Assembly: GCA_000934665.2 (NCBI GenBank)
Contig: KZ537973.1
Coordinates: 124,001 to 188,000, forward strand
Direction of reading: 5' to 3'
From: Catajapyx aquilonaris
Lineage: Eukaryota
Length of the DNA stretch: 64,000 nt
The translations under genes and the position numbers were made by a program. Below, one piece after another: positions 14,213 to 26,337 of the stretch. Each line of letters begins with the position of its first letter. Within the stretch, counting starts at the first letter, position 1. Under the pieces are notes generated by a model, which was given only the letters and a program-made list of their open reading frames with translations, searched no databases and was not told the DNA's origin.

Positions 14213-15236
14213 ACCCACTCTCCAGTATGCAGTGCTTTCCTCGCGTTGGAGAGGGAGTCGAGTAATCAAAATCAGCACATTTTCCCGCCGAGGGGCCAAA
14301 AAATGGTGTGGTATGGCCGAGGTGAGGAATAATTATGTGGACTGCATGTAGTAGCTACCTTTCGACACATTCCAGATGTAGGAAAACTGAGCCCCGCCAT
14401 GAGAAAACATGGTTAAAAAATGATTAATTAATCGCTAAGGTAATGACAAAAATATCTTGCATTTAGGATGAAATGTCGCAACATTGCAGTTTATTGACGG
14501 ACATAGTCATAGAATGCAGGAAATAAATATAAGTTATAGTATTATTGTTGGCAAATAACAACATACTTTTGTTACCATACACTGGAAGTGACCCTTTGCC
14601 GACCTGTATATCTCATTGTTATGAAAATGCAACACTGTATGAAAAAAGACAACATATGAATTTCATGAGGAAGTTTCAGCATCAGAAAGTAACCATCTCT
14701 TTCAATCTTCCTTGCCAAAATAATGTAAGTATTATAAAGAGTTGTATTTCACTGTGCACATGCCGCGTCACCTATACTGTTCATGTAAAGTATACTTGGC
14801 AAGAAGCGCGAGAAACACTGATAAAGAACCGAGTCACAGAAATAATGGAGTAATGAGACAATTATTGGGCATGTGGCTTGTGATATGACTGATATCAAAA
14901 GAATGATTATGTAATATTAATTCATATTGCTGATCACGTTTATAAAATGCATGTAATGTACTACACTTGTGCACACCAGCAGGTTTTACTGCCGCAACTT
15001 ATGATTGGATAGAATCAGTCGATAAGAGCACATTGAGATATTATGTACGCTAACCCTAAGAACTTGTCCATGAGACTTTCTACTCGGAAAGCACAGTTTA
15101 GCTTTGGTGATTAAGGTTGCACGGTGCAAGAATGACGGAATACATAATATTATACAATAAGTTATAATTATCCAAATTGAAAACAATTTGTGCTTTTATT
15201 GGTATAGTGTGGTGGTAGCCTGTACTGCTGTACATA

Positions 15237-15871
15237 TCAGTTATTACGGACGCAATTAGAGCTTGCTTCGCAGAAGAAGGTGTAATTGTAATTCTGGCAG
15301 TTGTAACTGTACCACTGAAACTGATACTTCCTATTCATAGTAATGCAAGGGTGGCTTGAAACAGCAGAAGGTTCTCCTGGTCCCCAGTCAGTGTACTCGA
15401 GTGGGGCCAGGTTAGACTGCCAGTAGAAATTGATGTAGTCTCCCAGAGCATGGCCGTCTATGTAGACTAAACCTGTCACTTGTTCTGAAAAGAGCCAAAC
15501 TTAAGATGCTTCGCGTTTACAACAAAAATGGGACGTGTGTTACTTACGGTTCAGGAGGTACTGCTTGACGTCGGCACCTTCGACGGGGTCGTCGATGGTG
15601 AGGAGGTGACCACCGAACCTCCTGCACAAGTCGTCCGCCTTGAACCAGTTGGTCGTTAAGTTGTCGTTTCCGCTGTAGTAGTAGCACCCTGTACTCAGGG
15701 GGAAGAAAGGGTGCTTGCAGGGGGCATCACCTGACGCAGCCTCTGGAATATACGAGTCAGTGTGACATCTCATGTTTTCTGAAAAGGTGCACTTGTGGTA
15801 CCTTCATGTTTCGGTGGTGCACCAGAGGCTAGTGCCAGAGCTAAGAGCAGCAGTAGTGGAGTCTTCTTCAT
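15237..15871 (-). CDS. Secreted C-type lectin, copy B1 (170 aa)
   Basis: Exons 15871-15802 (MKKTPLLLLLALALASGAPPKHE), 15742-15548 and 15484-15237, in frame. CTLD with EPS motif and FFCE end. Confidence 0.9.
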
Positions 15872-15978
15872 CTTGACGACTGTAGGTCTGGGAGAATTTG
15901 TCGCGCAATTTATACAGGGCTTATCTGCGTTGTCGAGTGTCAGAGTAAGATAGTAGTTATTAGTGATGCGATAATTAT

Positions 15979-16570
15979 CCCTTAACTATAGTGTCATGGG
16001 GACTTTTTTGACCCCTAGCTTACGAGAATTAACAGTGTCAAGTAACTAATTAATCAAAGTCCTAATGCTATTGTGTATTCTTCAAACACATCTTTGCCTA
16101 CGTGTTAATTATCTTGAAATTGGGGGGAAAATAATTGAGGGCCCTCAAAAACCAGCTATAATCGAGGCGGGGTGCATCTGTTGTGAGTATACGTTTGATC
16201 TATACTTTGATCTATACTTTCGAAAATATTTATTGCATATCATTTTATGTAGAGGTCATGTGCGCATCATTTGAGATGTTCTACACAGTAAGCATATTTG
16301 GAAGTTCTTAATGATGTAGGTTGCTGCGGTGCTATCTATAATTATACACATTCCAGTGTATTTGCAGTTTTTAGTACTCTATCACGTTTTCTTACGTACT
16401 ATTTCATTATTTGCACGTTAGGATTTATGTGAGCTTATTTTACATGGCATTCAAAATTTAATGACATGAATTGGAAATTATTAAATATAATTAAATTACC
16501 ACCTGGGGTCACAAAAGACCCCATGATACTGTATAGTTGCGTTACTCAGATCCATGATACTACTTAAGAG
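15979..16570. mobile_element. piggyBac-like non-autonomous element
   Basis: Left end ttat|CCCTTAACTATAGTGTCATGGGGACTTTTTTGACCCC. Right end GGGGTCACAAAAGACCCCATGATAC...CCATGATACTACTTAAGAG|ttaa. Imperfect TIRs with TTAA-like target site. Confidence 0.6.
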
Positions 16571-16738
16571 TTAAACAACAATAACAGCATTTGCAATGAG
16601 AAGTCCATGGCTGTGACCTTGATACACTCTTGGTACATTACTTTGAGTGTCTGCATTCAATCGATCAAAATAGTGTACTATACATCAAATAAGCGCCGAC
16701 AATGGATTATTATTATTATTTGATTGTTATCTCTGAAG

Positions 16739-17328
16739 GACTCTCCTCACTATATCTAAGATGCGGTCTAATCGGATCTAATCGAATCACTGAAAATGAA
16801 AAGGTCCCAAGACCGAGCACCACAACTTTTCAGGAGACACAAAAAACTGTTTTCCTAGATTGCTCATTGCAAGATAGGTTTGGGAGCCCTGGGCACCAGG
16901 GGATAGGCCACTTGCTTGCTTGTTGAGATATCAGTTTGTAAACATTGCTCGCCTCATGACCTTTGAGCAGGACACCGTCAAAGTCGTTGGACTTGGGACC
17001 TCTTCATTCTGCGCACCTGCCAGACCTTCCTATGCAGCAACCTTTCAGCAAGTAAATGCAGGAACATGTTTAAATATGGGAGAAACTCCAACTCAGACAT
17101 TTTACATCATTAGATTCTTTATTGCTCCATCAGTTTCTGACAGTTCAGATTGCTCAGTTCGGAAAGGTCCCAATCCCGGACCTGAAACCTTGCCATTCTC
17201 TCCTACTCCCTCATTTCGACGGCAAAGATGGGACTTGGGACATTATCATTCCACGGGCGTGTGCCTGCTACTATGTAGGCCACTTTCCCGCCTCCAACTC
17301 AATTTGGCCAAAATGTGGACTTCAATGA
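16739..17328 (+). pseudogene. Possible decayed spaetzle-like cystine-knot gene (2 exons, one frameshift)
   Basis: Exon-like 16739-17051 and 17134-17328 join in phase 0 (CAA|gtaaat...catcag|TTT), giving DCSLQDR/WEPWA..QFVNI..FEQDTVKV..FC..SY..FQQFLTVQIAQF..DIIIPRACACYY. The C-terminal PxxCxC and spacing recall Spaetzle, but about two knot Cys are missing. Confidence 0.35.
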
Positions 17329-18154
17329 GGCAGTTCCGTACTCTAACAATGAATGTGTCATTTTTATTTCATGATTGTGCTCAACTACATCACTGACTAC
17401 TCGGAGTAGGGAATAATGATGTCAGTGATGATGATGATGATGAATGTTGTGTGGAAATCGCACTGCGAGAAATGATATCGATACCTAACCGCCTGAACCA
17501 GAAATACTACAAAAGTTAAATTTCACGCTTACTACAAAGAAACCACAATTATAATAATCACAGATGGTGTTACATATCTGGTTTTGATTCTAGAGCATTC
17601 AGGCAATGTATCTACGCATACTAGGAAGTACTCGTTTTATGCCGTTAATTGGTTCCAGCAAATCGCGGCGTAACGGTTTTTCTCCCGTACTCAAGGGCGG
17701 GTTTATTTGGGACCCATCAGTTGTCCCCCCCCCCCCCCNCCCCCCCCCCCCCTTCTCCAAAAAATTTCTCTTCGTGTTCATCTTTGCTGCTCTCCTTCAC
17801 TGATTCTTGGTTGATTGGTCATTATTACTATGGTATGGGGAGATAAGGCCTCACAAGGGCCAGAAGACTTGCTCCTTATATGAAACAACCAACAAACAGC
17901 TAACACAAGTTCCGTGGCGTAGTATGGCTTCCTTCGATGTCCTCCTCTGGAGTCTGGACGACTCTTAATACCAAGATAAATATAATTGATTCGAGAATGG
18001 TGGCAACTCAGTCTTATTAGAATGAGGGAATGGTGTAAGGGGCAGGTGAGTCTAATGAAGATTAATAACACCGAACAATGAAGTAGAATTCTGGTATGGT
18101 TTGTTTATTTACTACATGGTATCATCCCAGGGTATTTACATTACATTCTTTTTG

Positions 18155-18838
18155 TTAGCGTACACACTGTTGTGGTACTTTACTTGCTTCGCAGATGAAA
18201 GGGCATGGCTGAGGCTGAAATTTACCAGTACATATACATTGATCCCACTGAAAGTTATGATTATAATCGAGACAAAGGCAAGGAACGTCAGGCCACCACG
18301 ATTTTGGTCTTGGTAATCCTGGTCCCCAGTCTGTGTACTCGAGTGGAGCAAGGTTAGACTGCCAGTAGAAATTATTCAGGTCTCCCAGGGCATGCCCGCC
18401 GATGTACACGAAGTCTTTCACTTGTTCTGCAAGCAAAAGGTGAAGGTCAAGGATCGTTAGTCAAACATTTGTTGCTGGAATTAAGATAAGCGTCACTTAC
18501 GGTTCTGCAGGTACTGCTTGATGTCCGCATTTTCGACAGGGTCGTCGATTGTGACCAGGTGTCCGCCGAACCTTCTGCACAGCTCACTGGCCTTGAACCA
18601 GTTCGCCAACAGATTGTCGTTTCCGCTGAAATAATAGCATCCTGAACTCAGGGGGAAGAAAGGGTGCTTGCAGGGGGCATCATTTTGTGATTCTGAGCCT
18701 GCTGGAGAGTAACATGGCGGAAAGAGTATTACTATATTGCAACGGGTTGGTCGTGTAAAGGGTGGTACCTTCCGGATTTGGTACCCCAGCCCCTAGTGCT
18801 AGAGCAGAGAGAAGGAATAACAGCGTTACTCGGTTCAT
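18155..18838 (-). CDS. Secreted C-type lectin, copy B2 (180 aa; LPR motif, extra Cys)
   Basis: Exons 18838-18769 (MNRVTLLFLLSALALGAGVPNPE), 18701-18501 (NAGNAG acceptor) and 18426-18155, in frame. Confidence 0.9.
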
Positions 18839-20372
18839 CTTGACACTTGCAGTGTCGGGACGGTTTGACTCGCAATTTATAACAAGTATTGTTATCTCTG
18901 AAGTGGAAACTTTTGGACAATCTATAGACTACATTCAATCACCACTCATATTCCGAGGCGCTATCCGTCCAATACTCAAAGAGATAAATAAGGCTGTCAA
19001 GGGCCATCAGAGCAGTCCTCGTATTGAGATGCTTATATGAGTTTCAAAACACACTAATGAGAAGGTCACACCTCAAGGTGACGACATCGGTAAAAGAAGA
19101 TCGTCGGAAGAAATCTCTTCAGAGGGAGAGTCTCTAATAGGAAGAAATATGATTTTCCTGTAATCATATCCCAAAATCATATGGCATACAACTTGATTAT
19201 AGGAGACCTAGTGATTCGTCCATATCATAAATTTGATAAGCATAAATACACTATTCTCTTTCCATGTGTGTATTTTTCTTCGTGTATGTTGCAAAATTAT
19301 TATTTAGACCTGAAATGGAGTACAATCATAATCATACTACAGTGGTTTCAAAGTAGGAGATTTTTAAATGAAGATATCATTATCTCTCACATATTGCTAA
19401 AACAATTCATCAAGAGTCTCGATTTGTCGTATGGAAAATTGATCTGGTCATCAGAACCTACACGTTTTATGGATTAGGTAACTAATTTAATATAATCTTC
19501 AGGGAATTCAGGGTTTGCCAAACCTTAAGGCTCTACAGCCCCTCCATTCCAATTTATTACAGACACACAATACACAAAGTCACTCCAATAATGAAATCAT
19601 CCATCGGCATCAATCCAATGCCGGGCTTTCGTTCATCAGACATCAGGCAACAGACTCCTATCAAATTCTGTCAGGCGCAGCACTGTCTCCTTGCAGTGGA
19701 CCCTCCTGTCTGGATGTCCCTGTTGAGGTCCTAAGCACACCATAGCCTCCAGGCAGAAACGATTAAAAGCATCTGATGGGATTTCAGTGAAGGCGTTCTT
19801 GCTGCAAGGCCAACCCAGGCCCTTGGACTATCGTCTTGCTGCGTGTCGTGTGACGAAAGGTGCTCATATTGACCACTTGTAGTGTGTGCAATAAAAACTT
19901 CAAAATGTGCTCTTGTCTGTCTTGTCATTGCACACCGCAACTAATAGAAATTAAGCAACTTTCAAAAGTTGACAATCATAAAGGGGTTGGATCGAAAAAC
20001 TTGATAACCCTCCTACTTTACTGTGAAGGTTATCAAGTTTTTCGATCCAACCCCTCTTTTAGGGACACCCTATATAGATACCCAGCTATACTGCCTAGGT
20101 TGCCTTGGCGTAAATCCGGCGCTGCTTCTGGTGCTCACAAGTGTTTTGTATGTGATCAGTATGTTCGCATTATCTGTGGTAACGGCACAGAAGAAAATAA
20201 GGGGCTTATAGACAGCAAATCACTTGCAGCCTGTGTTTAAGGAAAGTATAAAAAGTAAGCTTTAAAGTGCAAAATTCAATCAGGAAAAAACGAGCTGAGC
20301 AAATGGTTTTCTCTGTGCAACTCAATGCTTCCCCCTGTTTGTGCAGGGTGAAGCGTCGTGGTTAGGCTTTTA

Positions 20373-21501
20373 TTATTTCCACATACTAAGCGACATGGCT
20401 ACTGGGAACAGGAGGAGGATGACGGACGGGGTGCTGACCATGGCAGATCCACTCTTGGGGAGCAGGCGGCGGGTCCCTGACCGTCCCTGGCCACCCTGGT
20501 CATCTGTGGGGGCCTGGACATCTATAGTCAGTCCACCTCCGGGGTTACACAAATCCCCTTCGCAAATGCACCTCGTTGTGAATCCATCAAAAGAGCAATA
20601 TTTATATTCGTCATAAGACTCCTCTGTTGTCAGCGTGCAGCCGTATATTTTAAGACCAGCTGCGGAGAAGGAAAAAGGCTCTATACTCGTACGAACGGCT
20701 CATACAGCTTACTACAGGGCAATTCCGTGACAGTTTGATCTAGCAATGTCACACTACATGTTCCTATTTTTACCAAGTTTGGCACGTGTTAAGCCAGACA
20801 TCATTAGTAGGCCTATAGGTAGCCTACTATAGGAGCAACACTTCGGCCCAATTGAGCCTGGAATGACCCAGCTATTTTCTCGTTGATTACAGCAGAACTC
20901 TTTGAATAAATCAGACAGTATGAGGCGGAATTTCCATGGAAATGTGAAAGGTGGGACTGTTGCCTATAACCGAAGGGAGGGCCACTATCCACAGTGCGGG
21001 TATTAGGAAACGGAAAAGTACCGGAAAAGGTAGACCGTAAGGTGACACATCTGGAGGATGCTGCAGCGAGTTTGACAACGTACTCCTAGAGTACCGGTAC
21101 TTTATTTGTTGAGAGATCGACCTGCCCTGGAATTACCCTAGTCTAGAGTTCTTTAAAAAAAACCGGAGCACTGCTTACTGTCAAACGTCTTCACGTGGCA
21201 GTACCAGTTGCACTCACTGCGATCAGTTTCGCAAGGTCGTTCCACCCAAGGATTATTGTCGTCTTCGCAATCCACCACTTCTGTGTCAGAGACTTTGCAG
21301 GTATGCTCTCTACTATTGCACGTCTTATCGTAGCACTTCAGAGCTGTGGCTGCCAACGAAAACCATTATTGAGTCGCAACAAAAGCATGATGGAACCAGC
21401 TGCACACAGAGCTCACCTGGACAGATTACCACCACAAGGAGGAGTATGAAGAGGCAGACTCCACCAGACAGAAGTCCAGCTGGACAGTGGGTGGAGGCCA
21501 T
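20373..21501 (-). CDS. GPI-anchored Ly6/uPAR three-finger protein (quiver/sleepless-like family), 180 aa
   Basis: Exons 21501-21417 (signal peptide MASTHCPAGLLSGGVCLFILLLVVVICP), 21349-21179 (ATALKCYDKTC...WYCHVKTFD) and 20659-20373 (TGLKIYGC...RCICEGDLCN...GSAMVSTPSVILLLFPVAMSLSMWK*). Canonical splice sites, 543 nt in frame. Has the LKCY start, CxCxGDLCN end and a hydrophobic GPI-type tail. Confidence 0.88.
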
Positions 21502-21852
21502 CCAGGTCACGGCCCGGCGGCTGCACCGGAACTGATGGAATATATTTTATGCCATGCAAATGACCAAAACCGGCTTTTCCGCACGGGTAGATCGAGTAAA
21601 CTGCTCCGAATTCCAGAATCAACAAACCGGCGCAGCCATTGTTGTCCATATGCATTCCACTGCCACAGCAACGGCAGTAATTATACCTCCAAGTCATGTA
21701 ACAAGTGCAATGTTTCAGACTGGTCGTCCAGGTAGCCACCATTAGTTGACAAAACTGGTCCAGTCGCCACCATGAGGGCCTCAATCTCTTCGGTAAGCTG
21801 TGTCAGGACAGAGTCAGGGTTTCGGCCACATGTTTTGTAAAAATGTAACTGA

Positions 21853-21980
21853 TACCACATTCTGGGAGACTCAGCGTACCCTCTAACGATGAATGTTATG
21901 GTGCCGTTCAAGGACAACGGACACCTGACACAGACCCTAACACAGAAGGGTTACCAGACCAGGTGTCATATTGGAGTGAT
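21853..21980 (+). mobile_element. PIF/Harbinger transposase (DDE_Tnp_4/HARBI1-like) fragment
   Basis: Translates YHILGDSAYPLTMNVMVPFKDNGHLT, the Harbinger GDSAYPL...PF motif carrying the second catalytic Asp. Preceded by stops, so it is a relic. Confidence 0.8.
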
Positions 21981-23171
21981 TAGCTTGTCTATAATTAAGT
22001 TATATGACATCGAGATACTCATCAGATAATAATTGCTGATTTTTCCGCATTTACCCCTTTCATAAAATAAAGTTCTCCAACACTGTTGAACTGAGGGACA
22101 ATTAAAAACACGCGTTTATTCTTCCTCCTGAGCTGATGATCAAAGAGACAGGAGAGGAGACATGGGCAGTCATCAAGATGCTGGGAAGAAGGCTCATTAA
22201 GTTGTCCGAGAAGGGTGGACATGGATGACGCCATATGTAATGGGAAATTAAAAATATTGCGATTGCCAAAGAGTGTTATGATTATTTATGGGCTGCAGTG
22301 GTTGCACTGGGTCAGGAACAAGGATGATTTGGGCAGGTATACTGTATATTATGTGAACTTCATGAATGGAATATAGAGTGATATTGTTTGATGCAAAATC
22401 TAAGTTTATAACATTTAGAAACTCACGTTGTACGTTTATAGTAGCCTCACATTGGCAACTTACTGTGTTTGCCTGTGCATTATTCATCTTCTCTTTATGG
22501 CGGAGTAACTTCCAATGCAAAATGAGGAGTTTTGTCCCGTATCCGGAAATAACTGCTGTCAAATGTAGCTGTGCTAAAATGAGAGAAAAATTAACATATT
22601 CCCAGACATGTCTCTATTATAGTATCCAAATGGGTCTAGTCATCAACATAACTTTTTTTAAACTATGCACCAGCCAGGGTACCGCTATTCTCAGGCATTA
22701 ATCGACATCTTAATCAACAAGAACATTCCATATTCCCCATAAACTGTTTAATGGTCAGGAGGTCATGTCGGGCTGTGAAGGAAAAAGGTTACATCTTTTT
22801 TTTAAATATATATAATTCAGGTTAATTCTTCATGTATAGAGATCATAAAGTACGACGGCATTGCGACATGTTGACATGTCTTTTTATTGGTTCATGCTCG
22901 ACTACTAAGGAAACTATTTTTTGAGGAAGAGCAATAAGAGTTCTTTACAAGAGTATCGGTATGTAAATGTTAGACCACACATCGCACTATTAAATTTTGA
23001 TGTGTACCTTTACGTGTATGTCAGAAGAAGGTTTCAAAAAAGACCGGTCTTGCATAATATACCGGTACTTGTGTATGTATAATACTGTACACGTACATAT
23101 ATAAGATACCCAGGTATACCTATACACAGTAATATGCAAAAGTACTTCACTGTTGTAACTGGGCACAGCAA

Positions 23172-25059
23172 TCACAGCAGCCTCTCACAATAAGCATCAC
23201 TCATGTTGGAGGCGATGGTCAGACTGTCCGGAGCCGTGTTCACTGCTCCTCCGCTGTCTCCTTCGTCCTTATTCCCTTCCGATGAACTCTCCTCTCGTCT
23301 GCACTGCCTGAAACATACTCCTCTGGAGGGGGAAAAAACATCCTTGAACGTCTGCCGGAACTCATGGCTCATCACACAATACATTGCGAATTTGATGGCA
23401 GAGTTCAGGAGGACCGGTACCTCCATAGGTCTGTCCAGGTAATAGGTGCAGTCCCTGAAGAAGTCTACACGCCCGTCTGCAACCAAAAGGACCATGACGA
23501 CCTGGGGAAACTCTGTGAAGAGGAACAAGGTGATGATGACCATCACCATCCGGGTGGTGTGGTCCACTCGATGGTTTCCTTCCGAAGAATGAGGACGCCC
23601 ATCACCCGTGGAAAGTCCGTTGAAATCCAGAGACCAGGTCATCTCCTCCATCTGCCTCCTCCTCTTCTTGGCCTGAACCAAGGACCAGACCAGCATCAGG
23701 TTGAGGATGGTCAAAGCGATGTAAGGAACCAGCTTGACCAACACGCCCAGAATCCAAGTTTTAAAGATAATCGGTCTAACCAAGTAGTAATTTTTGTCGA
23801 GTGTCCGGACTTCGTTGCCAATGTACATGGGCATGTGGACAATTGCGACGCAGAGGAAGACGGAGAGGACAGCCGCGATGGCCCTTCTCTGGGTGCACCA
23901 CCCCTTGCTCCTGGGGTGCCAGCACACGGTCAGGTATCGCCAGACTGCCAGGGTCACGGTCACCCAGATGGCCGCAGAGTGAAAGACCTGCAAGGCGACA
24001 TGATGGTTAGTGGAAGTCGCAGTGCCGTGTTCGCGACTGTTTTATAGTAATGGTTAGTACTGCACAAGGGACTTAAATTTCATAAGCAATGATATAAGTT
24101 ATTATTATTAATGTCAAAATAGCGGCCATGTACTATATCGCCCAAAAAGATAGAGACGATTTTGCATTTGACTCAAGTGCAACTTGCACTTGAATCAAAT
24201 GCCAATCGTCTCTATCTTTTTGAGCGATATAGTACAGTGCTTCACTACTGTAGTCAAAATATATTGCTTCTGAAAATTCATAGTTTCTATTTCTTATTAG
24301 GGTGCAGATAATAATTGATGTCATTGAAACCCATTTTAAGAACTTTGTTTTGTACTTGAATAAATAGCTCATAAATCGATTCAGACCCACCCGGAGACAT
24401 TTGACGTCAAATGTCGCAAGTTGATGATTTTTGTCAATAATTTAACCTGTTTTCTGAAATATGCCTCGATTTTGCAGAAAGCCCCTATTTTGGGGTTTTG
24501 ACATAAACAACCATAATATATTGGTTTCAAAATCGTAGAGAGGGCCTAGGTACAGTATAAAGTAATTCAATATTTGTTCAGTTGGCATGGAATCACCAGG
24601 CTGCATTTGAAGTAAATGGTACAAAAAGGCGAAGAAAAATACCTGGTAAATAAACCTGTTGTAGTTGAAGTACGCTGAACAAAAGTAGCTCGTTGAGGTT
24701 CCAAATACCCCGTAGATGAATTTATCGTCCGCTATCTCGCAATCGGCGAAGGGGACGTAGGCCGCCATCACCGTCATGTCTGCGACGGCCAGGGCGATAA
24801 GGAAGGTGTTGATGGGTGTCCATATCCTCCTTTGGCTCAACACTATTATGCACAGGACACTCGAGACGATCCCAAACGAACATACCACCAGAGAAAGGTA
24901 CGGGTGGATTTCGGCCGTGTACCGCATGATCCCAATTCTAACGGTCTTGCTGCACAAGTGACCCGACATTTTGCTTGTTCGGGCTACAGCAGAGATTTTC
25001 TTAAAAAAGCGTTCACATTCATGAGTGGCCTCACTCACAATACTGTCACGAGTGCACAT
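23172..25059 (-). CDS. Rhodopsin-class GPCR, divergent myosuppressin-receptor/dmsr-1-like (about 410 aa)
   Basis: Exons 25059-24643 (start uncertain) and 23987-23172 join YQ|VFH in phase 0. Seven hydrophobic segments with HPYLSLVVC, LAVADM, IWVTVTLAVWRY, TTRMV, TEFPQ and YCVMSHEFRQTF, typical of the myosuppressin receptor clade. Confidence 0.85.
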
Positions 25060-25559
25060 TGATTCGACCACACATTAGGCGTGGCAGGACTCAAGGCTTC
25101 CACATCCTTTGACTCATATCCTTAGAGCGACTTTGGAGCGGAAATCACACATGACTATAAAAAGACTGAGTGGGTTGCCACTCGCTCTGTAGCAGCCAGG
25201 GTGCTCTAGCAGTGAGCCTCTCTTACGAACAAGCTTGGGTACTAAGTGTGGGGCTCTCCGAGTAGAAGCGAAAATCAAGATGACGGACGACAGTCAGCTC
25301 AGCTTTGAGTCTAAGGTCCCCAAGAAGACAAACCGTACAGAAGCACACCGCACACAGAGTACCGTAAAGAAGTGTACAGTGTTGCATAACTAGACTAAGA
25401 GCTAAGGTGTAAATAAATAAAGGGACAGTGAATGTGATAGTATCATTTGGGGAAAGCCATTGCATTGATGACATCCGGAGGTACCTTAGAAGCCCCGCCC
25501 CGTATGCCGAGTAGATCAAAGGTCATGGTGATTGGTGAAGGTCGTAAAGTGACAACACC

Positions 25560-25671
25560 GCGCCTGGTAGCCAGTCCGAGTACTTGAGGGGTTCCAGGTT
25601 GGACTGCCAGTAGAAATTGTTGTGGCCTCCAAGATCCTCGTCTCCTACGTAAACAGCTCCTTGCACGTTTT
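25560..25671 (-). pseudogene. C-type lectin exon-3 fragment, most similar to copy A
   Basis: cag|AAAACGTG.. encodes NVQGAVYVGDEDLGGHNNFYWQSNLEPLKYSDWLPG, then homology breaks. No exons 1-2 nearby. Confidence 0.8.
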
Positions 25672-26053
25672 CTGATATGCAATAAGAAGAAGAATAAATT
25701 ATGATCGACCATCGTTTATCAAGATTCTGGTCAGTACTCCTTTTTTGCATTCAAAATAATTATGAAGATGTTTCATCAAGAAGATTCTGAGCGAGATTTT
25801 TTGTGAGAGGCTGGTTTAGATGATTCGCATAGCTTGGGTGATTGGGTACAAATTTACAATAGGCCTAATATATTTTCCTGATATTGGGGGACGATTTCAT
25901 GAATAAAAATATCAAGCAGCCTTCAGACCACGAAAGAGCCTCCTAATGTGAAACATGACTAAAGCCATCACTCCCGTGACCACGCAGCCTCTTCAGATTC
26001 AGTCGACTTAGCAACTTATCGTGAACGTTATGTGCTAGTAATCTAATCGCTAA

Positions 26054-26160
26054 AGGCTGTTTCACGAGGTCGCGATTCCGCCCGCCGCTGCGGTTGAGAC
26101 TAGCTGACCATCCTTCTCAACAGCAGCGGCGGGCGGAATCGCGACCTCGTGAAACAGCCT
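26054..26160. mobile_element. PIF/Harbinger-type (Tourist-like) MITE, 107 bp
   Basis: Near-perfect TIRs AGGCTGTTTCACGAGGTCGCGATTCCGCCCGCCGCTG / CAGCGGCGGGCGGAATCGCGACCTCGTGAAACAGCCT. TAA duplicated at 26051-26053 and 26161-26163. Confidence 0.85.
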
Positions 26161-26337
26161 TAAGTCTTTTCTTCAATCTTATTGCAATGACTAATATAAT
26201 CAAAGAGACAAATAAGCTTGCAATCTCCATGCCTTGTCGCAAATGTGAGATAAGAATTGTCCGACTCGCCAAATATTGTCATCGGCGGTGTACCAACTGG
26301 CCTTGATAAGATCTGCTCAATGAGACATTATGTAATT

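Noticed and set aside
21413..21917. Cys-rich minus-strand ORFs initially suggesting an endogenous viral gene
   Set aside because: Explained by Ly6 exon 1 in another frame and by the antisense of the Harbinger fragment.
23364..24047. 227-aa + strand ORF
   Set aside because: Antisense shadow of the GPCR exon.
25155..25393. TATAAAA followed by a 37-codon ORF divergent from the GPCR
   Set aside because: No homology or convincing downstream exon; cannot be supported.
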